Origin: Selaginella moellendorffii
Lineage: Eukaryota > Plantae > Lycopodiophyta
Direction of reading: 5' to 3'
Assembly: GCF_000143415.4 (NCBI RefSeq)
Contig: NW_003314331.1
Span: 103,222 to 167,221, forward strand
Length of the DNA stretch: 64,000 nucleotides
Shown: positions 33,775 to 46,654 of the stretch, one piece after another
Layout: each line of letters starts with the position of its first letter
Position numbering within the stretch: position 1 is the first letter of the stretch
Notes under the pieces: model-generated
The model's database searches: none
Seen by the model: the letters and a program-made list of their open reading frames with translations, nothing else
What the model was told of the DNA's origin: nothing
Translations under genes and position numbers: made by a program

Positions 33775-36700
33775 TATTCCTTAGTCTGACTTTTATTGGT
33801 GCTCAAGTATATCACCACTAGTGTTGGCATCGGAAGGTCCGAGGAGTGAGCCTATCCTTGAGGAGTAGCAAGTCGGGAAGACATGGCTCTCCATTACAGT
33901 TCATGTGTGAACTTGTAGACGAGGTGGTGGATAGAAAAGGGCCAATAATGGAACGACTTTGGGATCTTGGGAACAGTGTAAGGTTTTCCTCATTGAGTTG
34001 AGGATGTGATCCGGATGAGCATTTGTCTCAGCAAATTGGCTAAGGTTGTTGTGGTAAACAACTAAAGTTGGGATCACGGGAAAGATAGAGACTCCAAAAC
34101 AATAAAGGAGTCACAAGATTATCCTCATATAGTTGAGGTTGGTGCTCATGAATGTGAGACCAAAGGTAATGACCGTGGAAGGTCAAATACGGAAGAGGAC
34201 TCAAGTCCTTGAAATGGTAGCCGGGGCTACCTTTAATAAATGCTGGAACAACCCAAGGAGTTGGGGGGTGTACTTAAAGATGAGTGGTATTCTCATCGCA
34301 TGGACAAGTAGTCCTAAGGGGCAAAAGTTGCCCCCAGAGAACAAAATCAAGTGTCGGAGTAACACTTGTGAAAATAGTCCTTTTGAGTAGGATAGGAATG
34401 CAAGAAGTGTATTCCAGTGAGCTAGTGCCTCACAAGTAGGACCTTACGGGTCTGTGGATTAACCAAGTCCAAAACTGCTGGATAACTCAAGTAGAGTCAA
34501 GGGATGGTCCTAAAAGGACTGATGGAAGCATTTGGACTGAGATGTGTTGTACCCCACAAAGGATGGGAGGGGATCATAGGATCCAAGGATGAGAACAGAG
34601 GGTATTTCATCGATGGCAAAATGTGCCATGCTAAAGTTATGGGAAAGGTGTTCCCAGAAGAAAATAACTTTGACATAGAATTGTGTGTGACCTCTATGGG
34701 GCAGTGCTAACGGATGGTTGGCATGAGAAAGAATGGTGTTGGTCTTGGCAAAGACTTAGACACGAAGGGGAAATGTCATAGAGGTAGGCTCGTGGAGCCG
34801 ATGGTGTGGAGACACCAAATGTGCCAAGGTGTGATACCTTGAGGCTATGTTGGTGGGTTCATGAGAACCCCTTGCCAAAGGAATCCCAATGGAAATGGGA
34901 ATGGCATAGCCTAAGCTGCAGAGCATGCAGTTGGAGTGTGGTGACCCAGATAATGATGGAGGTGTGAAAGCACCAAGCAATGAGTTGTAGGACTTGACAA
35001 CTATGAGGCAACTAAGCAAGAGGTGCAAAATAACTGGTTAAACGGGTAGAAGATAGCTACCCAAGACTTCTTAATAGCATAAGGAAGTTGGATATACCCT
35101 TACAGGGGATAAGTTGCTTGTGTTGCGATATAGTAAGTCAATGTCATTAAAGGAAATACTCATTGTCAAGAAAGCCATCATTGGGACACCCGGACACTCT
35201 AGAACACAAGAAGGTGGTGGTTGATGTCGCGAGGGCAATGGATAAAGCCCAAGGGACTAAGTCCCTAGCGAATGATGGATAGAAGGTGCTATCCAAATGT
35301 CCAAGGTTGCGGAGACAGGAGAGGACTGTCTACCTGAGTTGGACAAAGCCAAAAATGGAATTTTGGCAAGGCTAGGGATGGGCATGTAAAGGCCCATAAG
35401 CAACAATGTAATCCCAGTGTGTGGGATTATAAGGTGAGCATACCCGGATTGAGGAACCACTCCCTAGGCTATTGGGTAGGTTCATCCCCAAGAATACTTG
35501 CTAAAGCGTGATAGAAAGTGCAAAGTTATCCTCTTGGTCTGGAGGAGAATGACCAAAGGAAAGATGCGAAGCCAAAAAGCAAGAAGTAAGGGGATAGAAC
35601 CGAACCATAGGAATCAAAGGGCATAACCAAGGTTGGTTATGCCAGCTGGGAGTGGAGAATCAAGTGGGGGCTCGAGGGTGTTGCCGCTAGCAACCGTGAT
35701 GCCATGGAGAGTCTAAAATATGGAATTGTCCATGTTAGACTATGTGGCATTTTGAAGGCTTGCAAAAAGGGAGGCCTTAGCAAGCTGAGGGACAGAGTTC
35801 CTTCAAGGTTCCCAAAGACGATTCTAGGTAGCTTAGTACCTAGAAAGGCCAAGTGTAAATGGTTCATGGAACGCGCGAAATCAGAGTGGCGCAGCAGGAG
35901 CGTGGTGTTGAAGCTTGCCATGAGGCAAGGCTATCAAGGTTAGGGAAGTAGTTCCCGAGTGTTCAAAGAGAGGGCTTTGAACGAAAGTCGATGGTCAAGG
36001 ACTTTCACGCTTATGTAGGAACCATGTTACAGTGGTCGGAGGACTTGCCAAGCGAGATTGGCACGTCGGGGGAACAAATACCCTAGTTGAAGGTGATAAC
36101 TTCAAAAAGGGTGGGCCATGGGGCCGAGCATGGAGGAGTCCATGCATGATCACAGACATGTCAAGTGAGAGGACTTGGCAGTGTGGAGGAACTAGGTTCC
36201 TAAGCTGTGATCTGTAGCGCGCTTTAAAAATAAGTTGGTGCACCGGCGTGGGGAGTCATGCCAGGCATCTTGTGTGATGCCGTCCGTAGATGCATATACG
36301 GAGGTTGGGTTCGAGTCCCGACCCTCTAGTGCTTGGGTTCGAGTCCCAAATCACTAGGGCGTGGTGATGGTTTGGAATATGAGGACACTCATATTTCGGT
36401 GGTCATGGACTCTCAGTGGGGAGACTGGTTTGGGCACACTGCCAAGCGAGGGATGCCTCGGAGTCGTGATGCACGGTTAGATTGCTTAGTGTGAAAGCTC
36501 AGCATATCTAACTTGAACGCTTTGGTGCAAGTGGCACCAAGGTCGTGGTGAGTGAGATGGGGACACCTAATCTCAGTTGCTATGAACCCTTGGCCGTAAG
36601 GGCTGGCTTGGGTGCACCGCCAAGTGTGGGGGATGCCCCCGGGGTTATAGTCAACAACTTGGAGGTCTAGAAGACCAAGTACCTCTTGGCAACTCTGTTA

Positions 36701-39700
36701 AGGTGCCAAGGTGAGATCACTAGGTGATCTTATGGCCAGATAAGGACAAGGTCCTTGGTTGGCTAAGGAATGAAGTTCCTGGTTCAAAATGTTGAAATTG
36801 AACTGTTTAAGGTGGTGTGGCTTGGTCGTGATGACCAAGTGGGAAGAGCACCTAAGGGAAATAAACTATGTCCGTGAGATGGCATAGTGAGTCCGAGGAA
36901 AGTAGTCTCTATAAAAGACCTATGGGAGGGTCACGAAGTTGGGCCGTGGATAGAGCCCATAGCAGAAGATGCTAAAGAGACGTACTAGGGGTGAACATCC
37001 TCCGGACTTGGCAAAGGAGAGTCTTTGCTATGGAACCGAAACAATACCTCAAGGAGGGAGGTAGAGATTCGATGTTGCTTGGTGCAACAATCAACGAATA
37101 GGAGCAAAAGATGAGTGGCCAAGATAGGGCCGTGGAATCCCTTGGGGGGAATCCAAGTGACAAAGTTAGGCGAGGAACACTAATGTGTTGGACGCTAATA
37201 AGTTGCGGGAAAGGAAGTGTGTTTCCAAGGAGGGATTCCGAAATGCTCCGGTTTGGCGAAAGTGGAAGCTCCAAGGGAGGGAGCGGTAAGGTAGCCAAAT
37301 GATAGGGCAATGGACAACCCTAGCACAAAGTGTGATAAATGGAACTTAGTGCCCAAGGTGGCACGAAATAGAAGAGAGGATGATGGTGCCCTCAAGTAAT
37401 GAACTTCCTAGGATAGGGAAGTGGAGTTGCACAATCTGTGCAATGCAAGGTGTTGGAGACACCTAGGGAATTGACTTCCAAAAGTCAAAAGAGTAAAAGT
37501 TCCAAGGTGCAAACATTCAATAGATGGAAATTGAGACTACTCAAGAAGGAGTAGTGGGATTGACTTAGAGAAGGGTCTCTAAGAGGTTTAGTGAGAACTA
37601 AACCAATAAAAGGAGAGAACCACTACATGTGGTCCAATCAGTCTCTAAGTTGGAGAGGCTACCCTCCTTAGAGGAAAGGCAAGGCATGGTGAGCCTTGGG
37701 TGTCAAACCATTGAGGCATATGCAAAAGGCATGGTGAGCCTTCAATGTCAAACCATTGACAAATATTGGCTAGGTGCCAAGGATGGAAATGGTAACACAT
37801 GCGAGTGTTACTTTACAAAATGGTTTACCGTTCGATGAGGACATCGAACTTCGTCTATGGGTGGTGGAGTTGTGAGACACAAAATCCCTAGGCCCCAAAG
37901 TGGAGCCGGAAAGGGTGCCACGTGGTAGTGGCTGAAGCGAGAGCCAAACGAGCGTAACACGTTTGGACCAAAAGCTCCGACTTGAAAAGTCAAGAGCGGG
38001 AGTGGAACTCCCAACGAAGTGCTCGAGGAACGAGCACGAAGCGAGAAAAAGGCGAGGCTCCAAAAAGGGACCCAAAAGGACCAACACATGACACGTGGGA
38101 GTGTCCGAGATGGACTCGAGTTGGAGTCCGAAGTGGAGTCCGAGATGGACCCAAGTTGGAGTCCAAAGTGGAGTCCGAGATGGAGTCCGAAGTGGAGTCC
38201 GAGGTGGACCCGAGATGGACCCGAGTTGGAGTCCGAAGTGGAGTCCGAGATGGACCCGAGTTGGAGTCCGAAGTGGAGTTCGAGATGGACCCGAGATGGA
38301 GTCCGAGATGGAGTCCGAAGTGGAGTCCGAGGTGGACCCGAGATGGACCCGAGTTGGAGTCCGAAGTGGAGTCCGAGATGGACCCGAGATGGAGTCCGAG
38401 ATGGAGTCCGAGATGGAGTCCGAGATGGACCCGAGATGGAGTCCGAGATGGAGTCCGAGATGGAGTCCGAGATGGAGTCCGAGATGGAGTCCGAAGTCGA
38501 GACCGAGACCGGGACCGAGACCGGGACCGAGACCGAGACCGAGACCGAGATCGGGACCGAGACCGAGACCGAGGCCGAGGCCGAGACCGAGCCCAAGCCC
38601 GAGTCCGAGTCTGAATCCGAGTCCGAGTCCGAGTCCGAGTCCGGAGCCTGAGAGGGTGAAAGCCCAAAGCGTTCGTCTCCCAGACCCTGGGGGGTTTGGT
38701 GAGCTCCAAAAGTATAGTAGGGGGAGGACTGCAGTGGAGCCAGTTTGGCCAGGAAAGGCCAGTTTGGCCCAGGAAGGCCGGACCCAGTGTTGGGTGATGA
38801 GCTGCCCACTGGGAAGTCCAAGACTAGAGTGAACACGGACCGACAAGCGGGGTAGCTTGGTGAAGTGTTCAAGAGCCGGCTCTAGTTCCCCCGGGAGATC
38901 GACTGGCCGATGCTCCCAGTCCAAGTGTGGGTGGCACTACCTACTTGGATACCTGGTGTGGCTCAACGGAACCCGCTCTAAGCCCATGGCTAGAGCACCC
39001 AAGAGTAGAAGGCGAGGAGAGTACCCAGGTGGCTCGCGTAAGGCCACGGTGTTCCGAAATGTTGTCCCAAAGGCCTAGACTGTGGAAAGGAAGAGGAGCA
39101 GTCCTCTGGGGTAGTGACCAAGGACACAGTCACACAGTGAGGAAGTCCTAGAGGATAGTGGGACTTAGTGGTCGGGCCGGTGGGCCTCGATCCAGTGGCA
39201 GTGTTGGCGAACACAGCCAAGGACAGAAAGGGACTTGGTGGGGACCAGAACAGAGATATTGGGGAAGGCTATTCCCCATGTCTGTAGGCATCCTAAGGAT
39301 GTTAAGGAGTGGATCTGGGATGATCACGCATGGATGGATGACCCAGTCTTTGAGAGACGGGATTGGAATGTAGGTGGTGTTGGACCACCAGTGTGACCGA
39401 GGTAAATGGGCATGGCCTTAGCGTAACGGGCCGATATGTCGGTGGTACCTTGGGGTGTCGATCATGGGATCGGACACGTGGAGCACTTGGACCAAGTGCT
39501 AAGGTTGAGTGGCATGGATGCCATTCTCGGGGCTAGCAAGCCCCAAGTCCTGAGTTAGGCTTATGGAGGTTGTGAATAAGACTCCTCCAAGTGGTCGGAG
39601 GTGTGGTTAAGTGACTAAAGTAGAATGGAAAAATTAGTCGCTTACAGAGAACCCCTTCCCAAAGGCATCCTAATGGAAATGGGAATGGCATATCCTAAGT

Positions 39701-41475
39701 TGGAAGGCATGTAGTTGAAGTGTGGTGACCCAGATAATGATGGAGGTGTGGAAACACCAGCAATGAGTTGTAAGATTTGACAATTATGAGGCAACTAAGC
39801 AAAAGGTGCAAAATAATTGGTTAAACTGGTAGCAAGTAGCTACCCAAGACTTCTTAATGGCATAAAGAAGTTAAATATACCCTTATGGGTGGATAAATTG
39901 CTTATGTGCCAATATAGTAAGTCAATGTCATAAAAGAGAATGTTCATTGTCAAAGAAGCTATCATTTGGGACACCTAAACACTCTAGAACACCAAAAGGT
40001 GGTGTTTGGTGTCGCAAAGGCAATAAATAAGGCCCAAGTGACTAAGTCTTTAATGAACAATGAATAGAAGGTGTTATCTAAATGTCCAAGGTTGCGGAGA
40101 TGGGAGAAGACTGTCTATTTGAATTGGACAAAGCAAAAAATGAAATTTTGGCAAGGCTAATGATGGGTATATAAAAGCCCATAAGTAGCAACGTTAATCC
40201 CGATGTGTGGGATTATAAAGTAAGCATACCTGGATTGAGGAACCACTCCCTAGGCTATTGGGTAGGTTCATTTATAAGAATACATGCTAAAGCATAATAG
40301 AAAGTGCAAAGCTATCCTTCTAGTCTGGAGGAGAATAACCGAAGGAAAGGTGTGAAGCCAAAAAGCAAGTAGTGAGGAGATAGGACCAAACTATAGGGAT
40401 TGAAGAGCATAACTAAAGGTGGTTATACAAGTTGGGAGTAGAGAATCAAGTGGGCGCTCAAGCATGTTGTCATTAGTAACCAGGATGCTATGGAGAGTCT
40501 AAAGTATGGAATTGTTTGTGCTAGACCATATAGCAATTAGAAAGCTTGCGAAAGGAGAGGCCTTAGCAAGCTAAGGGACAGAGTTCATTTAAGGTTCCCA
40601 AAGACAATTCTAGGTAACATAGTACTTAGAAAGCCAAGTGTAAATGGTTCATAGAATGCGCGAAATCAGAATGGCGCAGCAGAAACGTGGTCTTGAAGCT
40701 TGCTATAAGGCAATGCTATCAAGGTTGGGGAAGTAGTTCTTGAGTGTTCAAAGGGATGACTTTGAACAAAAGTCAATGGTCAAGGACTTTCACGCTTATG
40801 CATGAAACCATGTTACATTGGTTGGATGACTTGCTAAGTGAGAGTGGCAAGTCAGGGGAACAAATCCCCTAGTGAAAGAGTTAACTTCAAAAAGGGTGGC
40901 CCATTGGGCCAGTCTATGCATGATTATAGACTTATTAAGTGAGAGGACTTGGCAATTTGGAGGGACTAGATTTCTAAGTTATGATCTGTAGTGTGCTTTG
41001 GGTATAAATTGGTGCACCGGTGTGGGGAGTCATGCCAGGCATCTAAGGTGATGCCATCCGTAGATGCATATACGGAGGTTGGGTTTGAGTCCAGACCCTC
41101 TAGTGCTTGGGTTCGAGTCCCAAATCACTAGGGTGTGGTGATGGTTTGGAATATGAGGACATTCATATTTCGGTGGTTATGGACTCTCAGTGAGGAAACT
41201 GGCTTGAACACACTGCCAAGCGGGGGATGCTCCAGAGTCGTGATGCACAATTAGATTGCTTAGAGTGAAAACTTAGCATGTCTAATTTGAACGCTTTGGT
41301 GCAAAGGGCACCAAATACGTAGTGAATGAGATGGGGACACCTAGTCTCAGTTGCTATGGATCCTTAGCCAGAAGGGCTGGCTTGGGTGCACTGCCAAGTG
41401 TGGTGAACTGGTCAGGCTCGAGGTATATAAAATATGAGCTCGCTTTATCATTTCCTACTAATAATCTGTCCTTGA

Positions 41476-42425
41476 TGGAAACAAAGGTTGGTCCACTTTT
41501 GCAGAAACCTCAGGGTCTTTCAAATGAGGATGCTCTTGCAGTATACAGGAGAATGCAATGAAACCAGCCATTGGCATTGTTGTTGGTGCTCTCAAGGCAT
41601 GTAGAAGCACGAGAGATCTACAACTAGGCAGGAGAATTCACAAGGATGTTTCCGAGACAGGTGACTTCTCAAAAATTATCATCACCAACATCCTGCTCGA
41701 TCTGTATGCAAAATGCGGAACCATGATAGATGCTCGTGGTGCATTTGACAGCATGCCGCATCGCGATGTGGTCTCCTGGAATTCGATCATACAGGGCTAT
41801 GCACAGAGGGGAAATGGTGAAATGGCTCTACAGTTGTTTGCTGGGATGGAAGACGAAGGGTATGAACCGGATCGGGTATCAGTTCTTGGTGCTCTCAAGG
41901 CTTGTTCAGCTCTTGATTCCCCGCGAGCAAACCTGCAGTTAGACTCCATTCCATGACAACAGTGCCAGAACGGGTTCTCGACGTCACTGCTGCTTTCATC
42001 GTCCAAGAACTCTTCTTCCTCTTGCTTAATGTAGCGCTCGTCCCAGAGGTTTCAGGTGCACATTTGTATCTTATGCCACAGAAGAAAACGCAGAAAAAAT
42101 CAAGAGCTTGATAGAGAAGGATTCCGGGCAGGCTTTAGATGGTCGATGGGTGGTATGCTTAGAGAGGAGCAGGGAGATTCACAGGAGCTTTGCTTAGATT
42201 CGGATCTCATGATCTTTACGCAAAACATGGGAGCTTGACAGAGGCTCGTCAAGTTTTCGAGCCATCATAGTGTGGTGACATGGAACTCATGGTGACATGA
42301 TTGTCGGGTATGCAGCAGCAGCGAGTGGTGAGCTCTTGATATCTATGATCGAATGCATCGTGGAGCGGCTCCACCAGATGCTTTAACTTTCATCGCTGCG
42401 CTGAAAGCTTGTTGCCGTCTCGCGA
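41476..42425 (+). pseudogene. Fragmented PLS-type PPR pseudogene
   Basis: ALKAC...LGRRIH...NILLDLYAKCG...DARGAFDSMPHRDVVSWNSIIQGYAQ at 41558-41956; frameshift at about 41558; further broken repeats (DLYAKHGSLTEARQVF, PDALTFIAALKAC) to about 42425. Confidence 0.85.
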
Positions 42426-42733
42426 ACGAGGAACTTGGGACAGTGAAGAAGAAACATTGATACGAAGCTTAAGAAGTGCATAGGTAGCAAGAAAATCCAC
42501 TTCTCCAGTGTTGCCGCAGCTCGTCTCGATTCCCAGAACGGACCAGCAGCCGCAGTGAGAAACGAAGCGCATTTGGGACGAATGTGAGGCACCATTGCCA
42601 GGGATTGGCAAGAGCATAGCTCGCAAAACCATAGGCTATAATGTTTTAGTTCATAGAGTGTCAATTGCCAATAAAACAGTTGGTTTAGTGCATGATGGGA
42701 TAAGCAATTGAATGAAGAAAGCAATGGGAAGGA

Positions 42734-43264
42734 CTATCCGTACACTTTAGCGCCTCGTGCAATAGCATCCTGGATCCTTGCATTGATTGCGTCCTGGGTC
42801 TCCTTCCAACACCACCGGGCTTTACGCCAATCTGGTTTAACCTCCCAATCTGTAGATTGAAGCACCTCACCATCCTTCGAAACCTAGAACAAGAAGAAAC
42901 ACCAGTTCATGTTTTCAATCCTCTTGTGCCCAACTGAAAAGCATAAGTTCAAGTGTGCTCTTGGTGTAAAAGAACGGATCAATGACATTACCTTCTGCAC
43001 ATTGGAAAACATATACTGGTTCCTCTCAGCATCCTCGGCATCATCAAGTATTACTGCAGTGCAACGCACGCCCTCTTCATCTGCGGGGTAAAATCTTCCC
43101 CCAGTCATGGTAAATCCATCGCCAAAATCCTTAGGACTCATGATCAGCGGGAAATAATCCCTCTCTGTGACTGGATCATGGACCATACTCTCCCCAAATG
43201 TGAAATCCGCCAAGTATTCCTGGCCTATGCGCCTCAGCATCCCACGCACAGCCTCCTCGTCCAT
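42734..43264 (-). CDS. Two-exon orphan protein, 140 aa, no family recognised
   Basis: Exon 1 43264-42992 (91 codons, AAG|GTAATG donor); exon 2 42883-42734 stays open in frame (VSKDGEVLQSTDWEVKPDWRKARWCWKETQDAINARIQDAIARGAKVYG*); telo-box-like AACCCTAA just upstream; paralogous pseudogene at 836-1191. Confidence 0.7.
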
Positions 43265-43358
43265 GCTCACGATAAAATGTTAAGAACCCTAAAACCTCAA
43301 AATCAAAGTTTTAGGATCAAGCTTGTGGAACACGATGGTTTATGCATATGCCCATTTC

Positions 43359-43615
43359 TAAGAACAAACTTTTGCTCGTTCTTACCTTAGCTTTGCACCG
43401 ATTGTTGTACCATAGCTAGCCAGCCGGTTGCAAACAGGTTTCTCGTAGAACTTACATTTTGTGTTTGCAAAGCTGACCGAGAGTGGCTGGACGCTTGTTT
43501 TTTTGTGAGCAAAGGGCCACGATCTGGCGGAGGAGCTCTCATAGGAACAAGGGATGGCAAGGAGAAATTTGGTGGGCTTGCTCTTTCAGTTTGTTTCCCG
43601 AGTGTTTATGTAGCA
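43359..43615 (+). pseudogene. Deleted duplicate of the RopGAP 3' flank and the ACBP-like gene
   Basis: taagaacaaacttttgctcgttcttacc, gattgttgtaccatagctagccag, gagagtggctggacgcttg, gagcaaagggcc and ggcggaggagctctc match 26532-27040 with large deletions. Confidence 0.88.
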
Positions 43616-43829
43616 GAAGAGAGAATATATGCTCTAGAATAACATCCAAGCATATAGTTATGTACGAGAAAATCATGAACTGGTATCATGAAATGTGGTA
43701 ATCCCCAAGTCAAAATTGTGATATTTTGTTACTATCTAGGCAAACTTTTTTGTTTTAAATTTCAAATGAACGAATATACTTCGACTTGAGATGCCAGCCT
43801 AGCAATGATCATATTACCACAGCCGGCCA

Positions 43830-44092
43830 TAATTTACCAAATTCAAATGAATTACCATGCCATTAAGTGACTTACATGTAATGTGGAATGTGATTCCTCA
43901 CTATACAGCAAATTACCATGGATTCAAATAAGTTATTATGCAATGCCACCCGAGCAGCTTACATATAATTCCTCATGATAAAGAAAATTACCATGGATTC
44001 AAATGAATTACCATGGGATGCCAACCATGTATAGTTTAGAATGTGATTCCTCACTATAAAGCAAATTACCATGGATTCAAATAAGTTACCAT
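43830..44092. repeat. Tandem repeat of about 75-80 bp (core aaattaccatggattcaaat.a.ttaccatg); second array at about 46304-46586
   Basis: Core recurs at about 43835, 43910, 43985, 44063, 46366, 46441 and 46512. Confidence 0.88.
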
Positions 44093-44429
44093 TTTAGATT
44101 TTCCCATTGTGTCATGGAACTGGGAGATTGAGAACTTTGCTGCAACCTTCTTGGCAATGATGGAGAGGGATGATAGATCCATTCAAGCCTTTCTAAAGAT
44201 GCCTTAACACCATTGGGATTCCTTGAAACAAAAAGAGGAATGCCATGGCAATTATAGCTGCACATGCCATGGACAGCCTGGAGTGCGTGGAGATCTGATC
44301 CAATGGATGCCATAACAATTTTTAGGGTTTGTTATAGCACTAGAGATGAAAAAATAAAGAACAAAAGGTAAGGTAATAATATTTATTAAGTATATAAAAC
44401 CCTTTTAATCAAATTAAATTTCCTTTTGG

Positions 44430-46300
44430 GAAGTTCAGGCAAAAGAATTCACTTTTGCACATTTTAATCCACTAACAATACACACTTACAAAACAGTCAA
44501 AATTTTACAAAGTGTATATTAATTCACTTTCATAAATATTAAGACAATAAAATAGCATCTCTTATATGTTAATTATGCCATGAGATAGTAATTTATCTGT
44601 GTGAGATAATTAGTTATAAATATTTTGAAAGTTTACTTGATGAACTAAAGTTTGAAAATTTTTTTGCTCTAAGATTTATTGGTGAGGACAAAGAAGCTTT
44701 AATTTTTAAAATGTTGCTAACCACAACTAACATCTCAATTTAGTTCAAATTATTAATATATGTTCAAATAGCTTAATTGGTCACCACATATAAAACTAAT
44801 CACTATATGTTTTTGCATGTGTGATAGAGATTACATAAATTTGTTTGGATGCAATATTATAGTTTGAACAAAAATAAAATGTTGGTTGTATTTTAGAAAT
44901 ACTTTAAAAATTAAAACTCTTCCATCGTCACTAAAATATCATAGAGTAAATAAATATTTAGACTTTATTTCACTAGGTAAACTTTTAAAATGTTCTTAAT
45001 TAATTCTTTCAGATAGATAAATCATCTCACTACACATATAAAGTATATTATTTTTTAATATTTATAAAAAGAATTGATATACAGTTTATAAAATTTTAAC
45101 CATTTAGTAAGATCTTATAATTAGATCAAATTTCTTGCTGGAAATTAAAGAAAAGTCATTTTTTTCATAAATATTATGACAACAAAATAACATCCCTTAT
45201 ATGTATAGTGAGATAGTGTATGAGATAGTTAATTAAAAATATTTCAAAAGTTTGCTTAATGAATTAAAGTTTTAAAATATGTTTTGCTCTAATATTTCTT
45301 GATGAGGACAAAAAAGTTTAGAATTTTAAAATGTTGCTAAAACACAATCAACATTTCATTTTGTTCAAATTATAAACTTGTATTTAAATAGTTTAATTGT
45401 TCACTATATACTTTTGTATATGTGATAGAGATTAAGCCTTGAGGTTCCCTCAGTATAATAAGACATAAACATGGGACCTCTTAAATCCCAAGCCTTAAAA
45501 CAAACTTGTTTATATACAAGCTTATAATTTGAATGAAAATAAAATGTTGATTGTGTTTTATGAATATTTTAAAAATTAAAGTTTCTCCATTTTCAGAAAA
45601 AAATCATGGAGTAAATAAATCTTCAAACTTTAGTTTACTAAAAAACCTTTTGAAATTTTACTAATTAATTATTTTAAATGACTAAATCATAATCTTACTG
45701 CATATATAAAGTATATTATTTTTGCTATCCTAATATTCACAAAAAAGAATTCATATATACTTTTTAAAATTTTAACCGTTTGCTAAGTTCTTTTAATTAG
45801 ATTGAATTTTTTTGGCAAATTTAAATAGAAAAAATTAATTTATTTTCATAAATATTGTGATAAAAAAATAACATCTTTTTTATGTTTAGTGAGATAGTAA
45901 TTTATCTGTGTAAGATAGTTAATTAGAAATATTTTGAAAGTTTATTTAACAAATTAAAGTTTGAATATTTCTTTGCTCTAAGATTTTTTGGTGAGACAAA
46001 AAAGCTTTAATTTTAAAAATGTTGTTAAAAGACAACTAATATCTCATTTTTTTATAATTATAAGTTTACATTCAAATAACTTAATTGTTCACTATATATA
46101 TCACTATATATATGATAGATACTAAAATAAACTTGTGTAGTCTCAAAGTTCTAGTTTAAATGAAAATAAAAATGTTAGTTGTGTTTTAGAAATACTTTAA
46201 AAATTAAAGTTTCTCGATTTTCACAAAAAATTTATAGAGTAAATAAATTTTCAAAAATTAGTTTACAAAAAAAAATTTAAAATTTTTCTAATTCATTCTT
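44430..46300. repeat. About three tandem AT-rich foldback units of 640-680 bp each
   Basis: Unit starts (cataaatatt...) at about 44531, 45166 and 45847; each unit has an arm, a spacer and an inverted arm. Confidence 0.75.
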
Positions 46301-46630
46301 CTTAAATGAATTACTATGGGATGCCAGCCAGGTGTAGTTTAGAATGTGATTCCTCACTATAAAGAAAATTACTATGGATTCAAATAAGTTACTATGCAAT
46401 GCTAGTCGAGCGGCTTACATGTAATTCCTCACGATAAAGAAAATTACCATGGATTTAAATGAATTACCATGGGATGCCAACCAAGTGGAATGTAATTCCT
46501 CACAATAAAACAAACTACAATGGATTCAAATCAATTACCATGTGATGCCAGTAGAGCTTTTGTCGTGCTAAAGCAAATTACCATGGGTGTAAATTTCAAA
46601 ACCAAGAATATTCCTTTCTTGGGAGCGGGA

Positions 46631-46654
46631 GGAGAGAGAGAGAGAGAGAGAGAG
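46631..46654. repeat. (GA)n microsatellite
   Basis: Run of gagagagagagagagagagagag. Confidence 0.9.

Larger units (their letters stand above)
31996..39646 (+). mobile_element. Complete young non-autonomous LTR retrotransposon (LARD-like), 7651 bp
   Basis: Near-identical LTRs 31996-33759 (1764 bp) and 37871-39646 (1776 bp); TG...CA ends; 5-bp TSD GAGAA at 31991-31995 and 39647-39651; PBS at 33763-33774; G-rich tract before the 3' LTR; 4.1-kb interior with no recognisable gag/pol ORF. Confidence 0.95.
29342..41405 (+). mobile_element. Older non-autonomous LTR element (5' LTR 29342-30891 plus internal region), split by a nested copy and truncated at about 41405
   Basis: LTR TGTGAGAC...GCTTACA followed by PBS TGGTATCGGAGC (30895-30906); internal segments 30892-31995 and 39647-41405 are colinear with the internal region of the younger copy; no 3' LTR. 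Confidence 0.85.

Noticed and set aside
41558-41956. 132-aa PPR ORF as a functional gene
   Set aside because: It is bounded by a frameshift and by broken PPR repeats, so it is treated as part of a pseudogene
43830-44092. Regularly spaced repeats of about 30 nt, superficially like a CRISPR array
   Set aside because: The 'spacers' are similar to each other, so this is a degenerate tandem repeat; eukaryotic context and no cas genes
44086-44313. 75-aa ORF preceded by a telo-box
   Set aside because: No recognisable domain and embedded between repeat arrays; insufficient support
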